A DNA stretch of 64,000 bases from Chrysomallon squamiferum (GCA_012295275.1 CM022666.1:496001-560000), one strand, 5' to 3'. Counted from the stretch's first letter, positions 29,745 to 47,440 are shown. Program-made: numbers and translations. Notes: generated from the sequence alone by a model not told the origin.

Positions 29745-30063
29745 AAATATTCAAATAAAAGTGCAGTGCATAAATATGTCAAAAATATTAACAAATATTC
29801 AAATAAAAGTACAGTGCATAAATATGTCAAAAATATTAACAAACATTCAAATAAAAGTACAGTGCATAAATATGTCAAACATATTAACAAACATTCAAAT
29901 AAAACTACAGTGCATAAATATGTCAAACATATTAACAAATATTCAAATAAAAGTACAGTGCATAAATATGTCAAAAATATTAACAAATATTCAAATAAAA
30001 GTACAGTGCATAAATATGTCAAACATATTAACAAATATTTAAATAAAACTACAATGCATAAAC
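29745..30063. repeat. 48-bp minisatellite, ~6.5 copies
   Basis: Unit aaatattcaaataaaagtacagtgcataaatatgtcaaaaatattaac, downstream of paralog 4. Confidence 0.9.
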
Positions 30064-30133
30064 ATGGCAGTAAGTAATTTTTTATATGTGTGTTTCGTAG
30101 CATATGTAATACGTACGTGTATTTCACATGATA

Positions 30134-30181
<48 letters not shown>

Positions 30182-30477
30182 AGTTTTGATGGGAAACAAT
30201 GTCTGTAAATTAACAACAAAGATTTACGACTCACACAAATCGGCGGATGCAGAAACAACAACAACAATAACAGTAAAGATCGAAATAAATTAATTATAAT
30301 CATGTTGGTTATGATCTTCCTATTATTATTGTTGTTGTTGTTGTTGTTGTTGACCTGGCTGATGTCGATTCATAAATCAATGACAAAATGAATCTTTTTT
30401 CTTTTCTTTTTTTTAAACATATAAATAACAATATATAATAATAATAATTTAAAAAAAAAGCAAAGGCAACAAAACGT

Positions 30478-32749
<2,272 letters not shown>

Positions 32750-33199
32750 AATCCAGATTCACAAAAGAAAATAATAAACATAAAAATTCACTCCGCGTTA
32801 TATAGCTAAGTATGTACGTTAGTAACCAGACGACAGGAAGTTGTGAGTGAAACTAAAAAACAGACATTTTCCTTTCCTGTCTGAAACTAAAAAAGCCGCT
32901 CAGAAATCATCCTCAGAGGTTTTGAAACACAGAGAAAGTTGTATCGTTCTGGTTAACTAAATAACTGCTTCTACCCATCACTTTTTTGAATTTTATACCT
33001 CCGTGTTGCCTAAAGGACTTTTTTCTTTTTCTAAAAATAGTTCATGGGATTTTACCAGAGAGAATCCGTGATGACGCAAACAGCATCACGAGTTTTATCT
33101 TCCTCGTGTTATTTATATATTGATTCTGATTAACAGTGCATTTATTATATATTAAATTATATATTCATTTTACATAATATACATGTGTATGGGATATAT

Positions 33200-33259
<60 letters not shown>

Positions 33260-33397
33260 ATTTATGTTTTATTTATTATTATTTCTGTATTTATTTTTTT
33301 TATTTTTTATTTTTTATTTTTTATTTATTTTCAGGATTCGAAAATAACAATAGGATGCGCATCCAAATATCAGTCATCGGTGTTACGTAATATGTAA

Positions 33398-34056
33398 GAA
33401 AAATAACAGTCTGCATTCAGTTTGTAATGTGTAACAAAAGTAACAGTCGGCATTCAGTTTGTCATATGTAACAAAAGTAACAGTCTGCATTCAGTTTGTG
33501 ATGTGTAACAAAAGTAACAGTCTGCATTCAGTTTGTGATGTGTAACAAAAGTAACAGTCTGCATTCAGTTTGTGATGTGTAACAAAAGTAACAGTCTGCA
33601 TTCAGTTTGTAATGTGTAACAAAATAACAGTCTGCATTCAGTTTGTAATATGTAACAAAAGTAACAGCCTGCATTCAGTTTGTAATGTGTAACAAAAGTA
33701 ACAGTCTGCATTCAGTTTGTGATGTGTAACAAAAGTAACAGTCTGCATTCAGTTTGTGATGTGTAACAAAAGTAACAGTCTGCATTCAGTTTGTGATGTG
33801 TAACAAAAGTAACAGTCTGCATTCAGTTTGTAATGTGTAACAAAATAACAGTCTGCATTCAGTTTGTAATATGTAACAAAAGTAACAGCCTGCATTCAGT
33901 TTGTAATGTGTAACAAAAGTAACAGTCTGCATTCAGTTTGTAACGTGTAACAAAAGTAACAGTCTGCATTCAGTTTGTAACGTGTAACAACAGTAACAGT
34001 CTGCATTCAGTTTGTAATGTGTAACAAAAGTAACAGTCTGCATTCAGTTTGTAATT
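33398..34056. repeat. 37-bp minisatellite, ~18 copies, between the divergent paralog 4 and PEX1 genes
   Basis: Unit tgtaacaaaagtaacagtctgcattcagtttgt(a/g)atg. Confidence 0.95.
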
Positions 34057-34322
34057 TTCATTTCGAAACAACTATTATCCTAAATTTTTACGTTTTCGGT
34101 TTTAACACTGAAAATGTTCCTGTATTTCGAAACATTCACTGCAAAACAAGCAAGAATAAATTCCCTTATGTTTGTTTCTTTTCCCAGTAAAAATATACAC
34201 CACTGTCTTCCTTCTCTGTTTCGATCTTTTCTTTAACACACACACACACACTCACACACACACACACACAAAGAAAAAAACAAAACAACATCCTCATACA
34301 CTAACCCAAACCCTAACAAACC

Positions 34323-34355
<33 letters not shown>

Positions 34356-34610
34356 GCACAAACATACACACACACACATATGCACACACGTATACACATA
34401 AAATATTTTTAAATCCTCATACACTAACCCAAACCCTAACACACACACACACACACACACAAACAAACATACATACATACATACTTAGAAACAAGCTCTC
34501 ATGCAGTAATCCTAACCTTTAAACACACACACACACATACGCACACAAACATAATTACAAACACACACACATACTTACACACAAGCACTCATACACTAAC
34601 ACTAAGATAC

Positions 34611-34651
<41 letters not shown>

Positions 34652-35195
34652 TTTGTTTTTATCTTTTTGCTGTAATAAGAAAATCCAGTTATTATATTTT
34701 AACACACACACAAACGCACAGATAATTATACACAATTTTACACCGATGTAATTTTGGGTAAAACCTGTTTTCCACCCGAAGTTAAGTCAGGTAGGAAAAA
34801 TCAGATTTATATGAATAGTTACTGACTCAAATCTCATGAGTTCGTTTAGATCCCACCCAAGCCACTCCCACCCTATTATACCCTATTATTACATCGGCCC
34901 AGTACTAATTTAGGTCAGTAATTCCCTTGACCTTGACATTAGTACTGCTCCACATTTCAAAGATCTCCAGCGACGTTCTATTCAAGGTGGTGGCTTGTAA
35001 CAGTTTTTACGTCATGACGTCACTGTAACTTGGCACTAGTTCATAATATCAAGTTACACGAATTTTCACACTACTTCAAACACCAGGTGCAACTAATTCT
35101 AAAATTACAACAAAGCTGTACAAAACGCATTAACAGGAATAAAAAAATATCGTTGTGAAATAATCACTGTTAGAAAACGGAGAGAGTTATGTGAG

Positions 35196-35233
<38 letters not shown>

Positions 35234-36332
35234 TATGAGTAAGCCTATTTTGCGGGTATTCCCAAGGATTGTACTTTTATTATACAGCCTCAAATGTTGC
35301 CAAATTATATCCATTTAAAAAAAAAAAATGAAATTTAAGGAGAAAAATGTTTCGGTATTCCAAATGCCATAATGACTATTATTTTGCACAAAACACAACG
35401 CATGGGCAGATTTAATAATAATAATAAATAAATAAATAAAAATAAATAATGAAATAATGAAATTGTGATGAATACCGAAGTTGATAATAATATGATAATT
35501 TAATGATAATAATGGTAGTAATAATAACTTAAAAACAAATTATTTAAGACAAAGAATTAAAGAAAGAAAAAGAAAGAAAGACGGAATGCTAGCAGGCAGT
35601 TTGTTTATTTCTAGTCATATGGTATTTTTAGAATCATTCAACACGATATCAGTGGTTATTCAAAATATTCCGATTTGAAATCAAAGTCACCTTCGGAAAG
35701 GTCGATTACGTGTCATATTGTCCGGACAGATATGTTTAATCACTGCCCCACCACCACCACCAGATCAAATAGCAGTGACATATCCGAATATTTTTACAAG
35801 ATTTCTATGACACCGCCTACACATTCCTCCTTCCTGTTTTCGGTTTCTTAATAATCAAAATCAAAATTAAATATTTCCCGAAAATAATAGATACTTACTA
35901 TTTGAATGCATTTGTGTATTTTATGTGTTTCGTTTTTGTTTGTTTGTTTGTTTTTCTTTCTTTCGGTCTTTCTTTCGTTAAAAACCAGGTACCTACTGCT
36001 AGTCCTAATTTAATCAGATTATACAATAATTTTATGTGTCCCCTTTACTCGCACTGAATGTTACTGACAAAAATCATTGATTTGCTAAGCCTAATGTCAA
36101 TGAAAATAGAAGACAGAGCTTCAAAAATCTTATTTCGAAAACGTGCTACCTAAGATGTTAAATCGTTATTTAATTTCTTATGAGTCGCTGAAAATTCGAA
36201 AGTTGCAACATTTATGGACCATTTTTAGAGTTACGTCCCTTTAGAAGGAAATATAAACGCAATGTTTTTAACAAAATTGTGAACTTTGATCAATATTTAT
36301 CGTCTCATAGATGATATTTATTATGGGTTAGG

Positions 36333-37953
36333 ATGGAAATGAATTCATTTGCGATTTCACTTGAATACTGCAGTGTAAAGAACTGCTTTTTGTCCATATC
36401 GCATCCAGCAGTCAAGTCAAGTAGCGATGAAAACCACGTGAGTTTTGAGCAAAAATTGTTTGTCTGCAACTTGGTAAACGTCTTCAGCAATAAACAGTAA
36501 TCAACAACTGCCCGTAATTTTATCACATCTTTATTATTAATGAAAGAAAATGCATGGAAATAAGCAATAAAGAATAACACTCATTACAGCTACAAAACAC
36601 AAATGAAAGTGCATATACACTCATTGATTATTTCATTAATTTACAGACATGAAAGTAACTTCCATAAATATAGAAGAAATGTTTTTAAAGACTTAGAAAG
36701 TAAACAATAGCCAACCACTTGTTGATACATTTCCAGTTACTAAGCATCCACAATTGTGTAAAAACGGATAAATCATTCTCACAAATACATTTATAAATAC
36801 ATGTGAACAAAAACCAATTCTAACACTGATTTTAACCATCTAGCTCAATGCTAGAATGCTCAGAAATCTTATCAAAGTTATGTTTCAATAGTAAGTGAAG
36901 TGAGAGTAATGTCAGCGAAGTCACTTTTACGAAATTAAAATTTTTAGCAGTATGATTCTTTAATGTCAGCAGTTGTGTAGCTGTGTTTTGAAAAATCTGG
37001 TTAGAAGAGTTCAGAGTTAATTTACACACACATACACACAGACATGCACACAAACATACACATATACATACAAACACAGACACAATTATATAAGTACAGA
37101 CCTTTTGAAAAATAACATACATTTCTTCATAAATGTACTTTATATTTACTACAAAAACATTCATATGCATCATAAATTAGTGTTTTTGAAAACTAGTGTA
37201 TGTACATATATCCACAAATATGCATTTTACTTATGAAAAAATGAAAAAATTTATTTATTATAAAATAAACATTTACCTCTGCTATGTTAATTATTAATAC
37301 AGGAAGTCTAGCTTATGTTTAAGTTTGTTATTCTGGGTTTTGGCCAAACGAATTATAAATTATATCTTTTTTACAAATGTCTGTACAGTATTGAGGGATA
37401 GACTGTTCTGGAATAAAGTAGTCAGTATCATTTACATAGATTTTATCAGTTTGTAATGATATAAAAAAATATTTATATAACTATTTTTAAAGGAGCATAA
37501 AAAGTATATATATTACAGAATAAACAACTTTAAATTTAAATATTTAATACAATAACTTATGTTTTATTTTTCAGAAATATCGAATGTTTCTTAATAATAA
37601 AATAAACATTGACGTATGATTGATAAAAAAAAATTTAAAAATGATTTTCAGGTCTTGGTATTCAAAGTGGACTGTGGTTCTGGTGGTCAAGTTTATTTAT
37701 CACCTTCAAGTGACCACACTGGACACCCAAACCATAGCAACAGTGTTGGACGCATCAATGGTCTCTATGCAGAAAAGTTAGGCTTACAAGATGGAGAAGA
37801 AGTAAAATTTATCTGTCAAAAATTAATTGAATTCACGCTATTTATTTATTTAATTCATAATTAAATTCAAGATAGTATTTGTTTTAAATTATAGCTGAAT
37901 TTAACATTTATTTAATAAATTTAAAAAAAATTCAAAACTTAAAAATTTTTATT

Positions 37954-37998
<45 letters not shown>

Positions 37999-40194
37999 CT
38001 TAACATTAATTATTGAATTTTTTTCTTCCATACATATATATATATTTTAATTAAATTTTCATATATGTGGAGAAAGATTAAAGCTTAGTAAATTATTAAC
38101 TGAAAGTAAACATAAGTCTGTGTGGTCCAGAATTAAAAGATATTTGATGTTTTAGATTATCCTCACACCTCTTAAAGGAATTCTTGCTGCAGACAGAGTT
38201 GACATTGAACCAGTGTCTGTAGATGACTGGGAGATACTGGTAAATAATACTCTTTTTTTTTAAATTTAATTTAATTTTATTTTATTTTACTTTATTTTGT
38301 TGTTGTTGTTTTTTTTAATTATATTTATTTTATTTTATTTTATTTTATTTTATTTTATTTTATTGTTGTTTTTTTTTTTTTTTTATTTATTTATTTTATT
38401 TTATTTTACTTTATTTTCAAATTTACTTTACAAATATTAATTTTTAATTTATTTATGTATAAAATTAAACTTAAATTAGTTTGTTAAACAAACATTGGAA
38501 CAAATTGACTATTAGCTATGGTATGGCAAATATTCAATAATTCTAATGGTTGTATCAATGTTGGTTCAAAACTCACCAGTTTCATAACATTGTTGGTTCA
38601 AATCTCACTAGTTTCATAGCAGTGTTGGTTAAAAGCTCACTACTTTCATGGTTTTTGGTGAGAGTAAATCAGAATGATTTTATTTTGTTTATCATTTTAT
38701 CTTTCTTTCATTCTTGCATTCTTTCATTCTTTTTTATGCATTTATATATATCTAACAAATTTATTTATTTACATAATTCTTTACTTCAATTTATGTAGAA
38801 GTAATACAGTCATTATAATAAACGGAACATTTTTATTAAAATTTTCTATTCAAAACGTATGATTATTTTAACTGCCACTGTTTTCAGTGGTTGTTATTTC
38901 TGATATGTGTTTATTTCAGGAACGTCATGCTGCCTATGTTGAGAATAACCTGTTGGATCAGGTACGAGTTGTGTGGGTGGATCAGATTTTACCTGTATGG
39001 GTGGAGAAATCTGTCTGTATCTACCTGAAAATAGGTACTAACTATATTTCATTTCATTTGTTTGCTTTATAATTGTTGATATTTAACGAGAAATAAACCC
39101 ATTTTTGTACTACCAGGTCAGATGTCTTTAATTATTAATTATAATTAAAACCAAAAAGAGAAGAAATATTTTTCACTCTGGACAGGGTAACACATACCCT
39201 GGTGTTTGATGCCAAAACATACTGACATCTGTAGAAACAGTTGTTTACATATCTCTTACAAGATCTGATTGTGTCATGCTTCAGAAAGTGTATTAATGAT
39301 GCTGGATTTAAAGGTAATGAGCATCATATAGAAATCTAGCATTATATTATTATGTTCCTCTAATAAGCTTTGATCCTTCTACTGATCGTATGTCAGATAA
39401 GGTAACAGCAGTGTCTGGTTTAAAGATAACAAGAACTATGTAAAAATGTACCGTGTAATAATAGTTACGATGTACCTCAGTTAAGTGTCCTTGATTTAAT
39501 AACAATGAACGCAGTTTATAAATCTACCTTTTTAATATTATGTTCCTCTTTGGAGGATAGAACTAGGGAACCACCACACTTGATTTAATGTTTTAACTCC
39601 TGGATTTAACAATAATGAATACTATATAGAAATCTAGCTAAATAATAATAGGCTCCCCTATGGAATATAGAACTAGGGAACTTGGATATGTTATTAACTT
39701 CCAAATTTAACAGTACTGAATGCTATATATAGAAATGTAGCTACGTAACATGTTTCTCTAATAAATTTTGATCCTAGTACTTATCATGTATCACATACAG
39801 TAATACCAGTTGTGATCAAGAACAATGACTTCTATATAGAAAATACTAGATATATGATATTACATTCCTGAACAAACAATTGAACCGACAGACCTGTAAC
39901 ATTTCAGATCAGGTCTTTACTATACAAATTCAGCATTTTTTGTTTTTATTTATTTATAATGTGAGTTGTGAATGACTAAATCTGTTAAAAAAAAAAAAAA
40001 AAAAAAAAGTAAAAAGAAGGAAAAATCTAAATATTCACACTCCTTTCAAATTTTTGTTAAAAATATTTCCTGAAACATTTTACTGAAGTGTGAGTCATTT
40101 CCTAAAAAAAAAAATGCAATTTCTTTCATTCATTTTTTTACTTTTTTATTTCCTTGTTTCCTTTACATGTTTCATTTTCATATATTTTTTTTTC

Positions 40195-40243
<49 letters not shown>

Positions 40244-43200
40244 CAATACTAATAGCAATAACAGTAACTACAGTAATGATATAATAATAGCAACAGTAGT
40301 AGCAGTAATAATAGTAGTAGTAATACAAATAATAGAAATTGTTGGGGTGGTAGTGGTAGTAATAATAGTAGTAGTTGTATCAGTATTATTAGTTGTAACA
40401 GTAATAATAGTAGTAGTAGTGGTGGTGGTAGCAGCAGTAGAAGTAGTAGTGGTTGTAATAATATTAGTGGTAATACAAATAATCGCAATGGTGGTAGTGG
40501 TAATGGTAGAAGTAACAGTAGTAGTAATAAGAGTATTAGTGATAGTAGTAGTAGTATCTATTTATTTGTCTCTTGTCTCTTACTTTTTTTATATATATTT
40601 AGTTTATTTATATACATTTTATTTATCAAATATTTATATTTATTTACATGTCTTTCATTTATTTTTTATTTTTTTATATTTTTTAATATTTATTTACTTA
40701 ACTTTTATTTATTTTTTATCTGATTCTATTTTGTTTATCATTTTTATCTTTCTTTCATTCTGCATTCTTTCATTCTTTCTTTATGTATTTATTTAGTTAA
40801 TTAGTTAGTTTGTTACTTAGTTACTGGTAATCGTCATTTACTTATTTCTGTTTATTTTTAGTTGGAACTGAACCTCCTGGAAGCTGTTTGATTCTCACAA
40901 ACAAGACTGAAGTCGTTGTCTCTGCAAAGATTCGTAGTGCAGACTTCACAAACACAACACAGAATTCAGTGCCAAAGTCACGAGACAAAGACGAGTCTCC
41001 TAAAAAAATTACAAAATTACAAAAATCAGAACGACCAAAATTTCGATCTCTGACACTTCCAGACCAAAAATTGAAAAGAGAATCAACGGTTCCGAACTTG
41101 TCCACTCGGGATTTCAGAAAAGTCTCGGAAAATGATGAAATTATGACAAAGAAAACACGTCCGTCCATTTATCGACAGTCTTCGTTGTTAGGCAAAATGT
41201 GGAATTACATGTCGTCATGGTTACCACTGGATTACGAAATTCCTCCTCCTGTGGATGAAATGTCCGGTTTTGATGAAGAACACGAATCATTTGTAATCGA
41301 GCGATATAACTTCGTTTTCCGCATACAAGCAATGAAGTTCTCGTGCAATCCTGAGAATTTTTCTAAGCACTGCATTCTGAAAAATATTCCAAAAGGACTG
41401 AGGAGATCCAGAGTCATGAAGAAATACGGCATACGAACATCGAGGATTTTACACGATCCTGATTGCGTTGCCGATGATGATGATGAGGATACGTCGAGTT
41501 CAGACACACCAGAACTTTTCCAGCCCTCCACGGTGTACGTGGCAGCTGAGGACGTTCTGAAACAAGTGGAAACGAACTTTGTTCAAGGACACATTCCTCG
41601 TGTCTTCTACGCTCAGATGAGAAAGCTTCTGTCCCCAAAAGAAGCAGCAAAACAGGAAGCTGCAAAAAGCGACGTTAAAAGGAGCAAATCGTTAGGTTCA
41701 AGCAACGGAAAAAAAGACAAAGAAGGAACGAAAGAAAATAAACAAAAAACAGAAGAGGAAACGAAACAAGAAATGTGCTGTGTTGTACGTGTGGTTGTTG
41801 TCGACGGAAGAGGGCCGCTGTCTGATTCAAAATGGCCGCACTGTGTTTTGCGACTGTTCGACGAGCAACCACTTCTTCCTGGTCACGTCATTGTCCCAGA
41901 TCTCTTGAGACGACAAATGAGTTTGGATGTCACCGGAAAAGTCTGGTTGCAGACCGTGCAGTGTGAACCAGACAGAACCAGCACAGTAGAGTTATTTCCC
42001 TTGTCAATTGTTGTATGTAACTTATTGCAAAATCTTTTCTCTTTTTCTTTTAGTTTTTCATGGATGTTAATTGATAATTTAACTTCATTAGCTGTAGTTA
42101 AAGGATCTTAAGTTGTTTCAGCAGTTTTTAGTAATCTTCATCAGTTTTAATTGTTAATTAAATTTTAATAGTTACACCTAAAGGATTATCAGCTATTTTC
42201 CTGTTCATGTTAATAATAACTCAAATATTAATCACTTTTTAGACAAAAATCCTTTGATTCCTTATTGACAGAGTTACATCCCTTTAATCAAAAGTTCTCC
42301 CCCCCTTATGATCGCACTTTTTCAACCTTCATAATATTAAATTTACTCATATATATAAAATGAAATAAAAATTATTAGTTGCAATGGTTTATTTATAAAT
42401 ATTAAACATTTTTGTATTTTCCAGCCTCGAAAAGTAAGCAACACAATGATAACCATGGCTTTTCGAAACTGGATTCGACAGTGTTCAGATGAAAATCATC
42501 CACTTGTTGTGTTCCAGGGAATCTTCATCAAGTTTATGATTTTTCCAGGTAACACTGCACATCGGTTTTCATCTTGTTCCAGTGTGTGGCTTTTCATAAA
42601 GATAAAGACTGTGTTTATATGTTTCATATTGCTGTGATGGGTGATTTTCATTTGAACATGTTTCTGTGCAGTCTTCTTAATATCAGTGCTCAGGCTCAAC
42701 AGATGTTCTTTTCTTTATTTTGTTCAGGTGTTGTTTACTGAACTTCAGTTTATGTTGTGTGGTAACCTCATTGAACAGGTTGTTTTATTTTAGAGGTGTT
42801 TGCCGATAAACAGATATTTGTATTTTCTACAGGTGTTTGTATTAATCAGTGTTACTGCTGTTAATGTTTTAATGTTTTACTGGTGTTTGTTTTGAATGAG
42901 TGGCTGTTTTGTATCGGTGGTTGTTTTATGCAGGTGTTTGTTTTGTGCAGGTCTTTGTTATTCATTTATTTATTTATTTATTTATTAATTTATTTATTTA
43001 CATTCTCGATATCTAATTTATGCCAGTAACTGCACTAAGACATTTTAAAACTAAAAAAGTATCTTCTGACTGTTTTTACTTCAGGTCTTCACATGGAAGC
43101 CCAGCTGCTGTTTACACCAACGTTCTGCACACACCAGCCCTACGTCCTGCTACACGAAGGAAACGTTGACGATGTTGCTGTTGTCATACACAAAGACGTG

Positions 43201-43373
43201 TCTAAGAACGAGCTGTCATTTATAAGTCCCATGCTGCCCTACCACCAGGTGTCTGACATTGACCCCCTGGTACCCACCACGGAGCTGAAACATCTCGGGT
43301 AGGTCAACATAGATAACTCAAGTGAAACCATCAAACTATTCTTTTTTTTTAAATGTTTATATTTGTGTATTTA

Positions 43374-43409
<36 letters not shown>

Positions 43410-43451
43410 GATTATTATTATTATTATTATTTATTATTATTATTATTATTA

Positions 43452-43540
<89 letters not shown>

Positions 43541-46500
43541 TTCAATTTATTGTACATTTTATTTCTTTATTTAATTGTTTCATTTATTAATTAATTTTTG
43601 TATTTATTTATTTATTTATTTTTATTTATTTATTTATTTTTATTTATTTATTTATTTATTTATTTATTGTATTTATATATCTGTTTATTTATATATTTAT
43701 TTATTTATTTATTTTTTTTACTTTTTTAATTTAATTTAATTTAATTTTTTATTATTATTTATTTACCTATTTATTGTATTTAAATATCTGTTTATTTATC
43801 TTTTTATCTTTTATTTTTTATTATTATTTATTTACCTGTTTTTTGCATTTCTATTTATTTTATCTATTTATTTATTTATTTATTTATTTACAGAGGTATT
43901 GAAGAAATTGCACACCAAGCTCTGCAGCATCTGAACACCTCCCTGGGGTCGTCTCCCCTGCCTAGAGTTATCTTTCCTAGCGACCCTGGCCTGCACAATG
44001 GGATGCTGCTGATCACAGGATCTAAAGGTTGTGGAAAGACGTGTCTGGGTCGAGCTCTGTGTCACTGTTTGGCAGAGTTGCCAACAGTCGCACACACGTT
44101 TGTCGTAGACTGCAAACCTCTGAGAGGTGAGAGATTATTCCTTTTATTCTGCAAACAGTTCACTATTGTTTAATACAAAGAATAAATAAATAATTATTTT
44201 AAAATCTGTTGAATATCGGTAGAACAAATAATTTTAAAAAGTATGTTTTGTTTCGCTTTACAAAGTGAATTAAAAATTGTTGTAATTTTAAACTTTTTTT
44301 TAAATGTTTAAAAATTAGAAAAAGAAATTATAAAATGATCAGTGATGTGTACTAATGTTGTAAATACTAATTTGAGTTATTCAAGCCAGCTTGCTTTGTT
44401 TTTAAAGCACTGTTTTTTTAAATGGCTTTGAGAAATAAAAATATTATTTTAAATGATTTCAGGTTTTAGATAAAACAGTTTTGTAATTTTAAATGGTTTT
44501 CACAGTGAGATATTAAAACAGTTTTGTAATGTAATTTTAAATGGTTTTCAGGTAAGTGAGATCAAAGTATTAAAACAGTTTTGTAATGTAATTTTAAATG
44601 GTTTTCAGGTAAGTGAGATCACAGTATTAAAACAGTTTTGTAATTTTAAATGGGTTTCAGGTAAGTGACACCACAGTATTAAAACAGTTTTGTAATTTTA
44701 AATGATTTTCAGGTAAGATCACAGTATTAAAACAGTTTTGTAATATAATTTTAAATGGGTTTCAGGTAATATCACAGTATTAAAACAGTTTTGTAATTTT
44801 AAATGGTTTCAGTTAAGTGACATCACAGCATTATTAAAACAGTTTTATAATTTAATTTTAAATGATTTTCAGGTAAGTGACATCACAGTATTAAAACAGT
44901 TTTATAATTTAATTTTAAATGATTTCCAGGTAAGTGACATCACAGTATTAAAACAGTTTTGTAATTTAATTTTAAAACAGTTTCACAGTATTAAAACAGT
45001 TTTGTAATTTTAAATGGTTTTCAGGTAAGTGAGATCACAGTATTAAAACAGTTTTGTAATTTTAAATGGGTCTCAGGTAATATCACAGTATTAAAACAGT
45101 TTTGTAATTTTAAATGGTTTCAGTTAAGTGAATCACAGTATTAAAACAGTTTTGTAATGTAATTTTAAATGATTTTCAGGTAAGTGACACCACAGTATTA
45201 AAACAGTTTTGTAATTATGTTTTTAAATGGTTTCAGGTAAGTGAGATCACAGTATTAAAACAGTTTTGTAATTATGTTTTTAAATGGGTTTCAGGTAAGT
45301 GACATCACAGTATTAAAACAGTTTTTAATTATGTTTTTAAATGGTTTCAGGTAAGTGAGATCACAGTATTAAAACAGTTTTGTAATTATGTTTTTAAATG
45401 GGTTTCAGGTAAGTGACATCAGAATATTAAGACAGTTTTGTAATTATGTTTTTAAATGGTTTCAGGTATGTGACATCAGAATATTAAAACAGTTTTGTAA
45501 TTATAAATGGTTTCAGGAAAGAGGGTGGACAACATTGTGAAGACTCTGGAAGCTTTGTTTGACGAGGCTGCGTGGCGACAACCCACAGTTATCTTCCTTG
45601 ACGATCTCGAGTCACGAGCAGGTCCGGAGACGGAGATGTCACCAGAAGCTTTGTACGCTGCGAAAGTCACAGAAGGTTTGTCAGCTTAAACACACGAACC
45701 AACCCATTCAAACCATTCAAACCTCAATCCTCTACACAGGCTATGTCTTTACTTAAAATGTAAAATAAACAATGGAAAACAAAGAATGGAACTGAGAAGG
45801 TTTGTCAGCTTAAACACACAAACCAAACCATTCAAACCTCCACACAGGCTGTGTCTTTACTTGTTATTCTTTTTCAATTAGCAGCATTACATGCACCTTC
45901 CCACAGACAGGAAAATGTTTTTCAGATCTTGGACTTATTTGAAAAGAAAAATTATATTTTTGTTTTTTTCTAAATACTTTGTTTTCAGTTAATTGTTTTC
46001 ATTTATTGCAGTTATAAAAAACATGGTGCGATTTGAAATCCATAATGATTCTAGGATTGCTGTCATAGCATCCAGCCAATCACCTTCCACGTTACATGCA
46101 AACTTGATGACATCACGAGGTACTCATCTAATCCAGGAGATCATTACAATTGCACCTCCAAATAAGGTATGTCATTATTACATCCATAAGACATTTAAAA
46201 AAAAAAAAAAAATAAACATTTCATTTATTTTAAATAGAATTATTTAAATTACATTAAGTAAAATATCAGTATTTTTCTCTTTCTATGTCTTAATCATAAG
46301 CTCATTATTTACAGTTTAATTTAATTTTTAATATATTAATTAAATTCTCTTTGACCTTTGCACCTGTAATTAACATACAGGAGGTTCATCAACATCTCTG
46401 CAAGCATGCTAACTGACGAGTTTGCATGTAACAAGCTTTGCTATTGGCTGTGGAAAATTAAGACAGCCTATCAGAAAAAACTATACATATGAGCAGAAAA

Positions 46501-47408
46501 TTGCAACTTAAATAGCATGTGGATTTAGAGAAAATAGTTCTTGTTTATGAGAATCATTTTGTTAAAATATATATTGTTCAGTGTTGTAAATAATTACTAA
46601 CAGATGTATAAAACATAGAATATAGACCATTTTGAATTTCTCTTTGCATTAAGTGATAACAGAATCCCTGCAGTATCATATTATTACATTTATATCTCTC
46701 CATTACAAAGCCTATATAATGTTTACATAATTGAAATCCTTGCTGTTATTGACACCCTCATGGTAACTAACAGATGAAACTCTCTTCATGTCAGCTTTAA
46801 TTTATTAACTGAATCTATTTTTCAAATCAGGATCAGAGAAAATCTATCCTGACTTCCATAATGAAAAACAAGACACACATTTCCAGAGACTGTCTGAACG
46901 ACCTTGACTTTGACCTCATATCCAGGGAAACGGAAGGTTTTGTTGCCCGGGACCTGGAACATCTTGTCAACAGAGCCATTCATGCAAAATTCCTCGGAGC
47001 ATGTGAGTTTGTGTTTTTATTATTACTACTACTACTACTGCTACTACTGTTACTACTACTGTTACTACTACTACTACTACTACTGTTACTACTGTTACTA
47101 CTACTGTTACTACTACTACTACTACTACTATTCTACTCTACTACTACTACTACTCTACCACTACTATTACTACTAGTACTCTACCATTACCATTACTACT
47201 AACACTTTTATTATTGTTTATTATTTTTATTATTATTACTACTACTGCTACTACTATTACTACTAACACTTTTATTATTGTTTTTATTATTATTATTATT
47301 ATTACTATTATTATTACTATTATTATTTTTATTATTATTACTACTACTACTACCACTATTACTACTAACACTATTATGATTATTGTTTATTATTATTTAT
47401 TATTACTA

Positions 47409-47440
<32 letters not shown>

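Noticed and set aside
29658-30199. ORFs with 16-aa repeats
   Set aside because: Product of a 48-bp minisatellite open on both strands; no splice or domain support.
33398-34056. 37-bp repeat resembling a CRISPR repeat in length
   Set aside because: Units are contiguous with no unique spacers, no cas genes, eukaryotic context.
34280-34520. Telomere-like ctaaccc/ccctaac words
   Set aside because: Only a few degenerate units within a CA microsatellite.
40167-40796. 209-aa hydrophobic ORF, and similar poly-I/L/V/ER/SL ORFs throughout
   Set aside because: Intronic or intergenic ATT/GTA/AG microsatellite translations.
45580-45610. PEX1 D1 Walker B reads LDD rather than DE
   Set aside because: A degenerate D1 ring is normal for PEX1; not novel.
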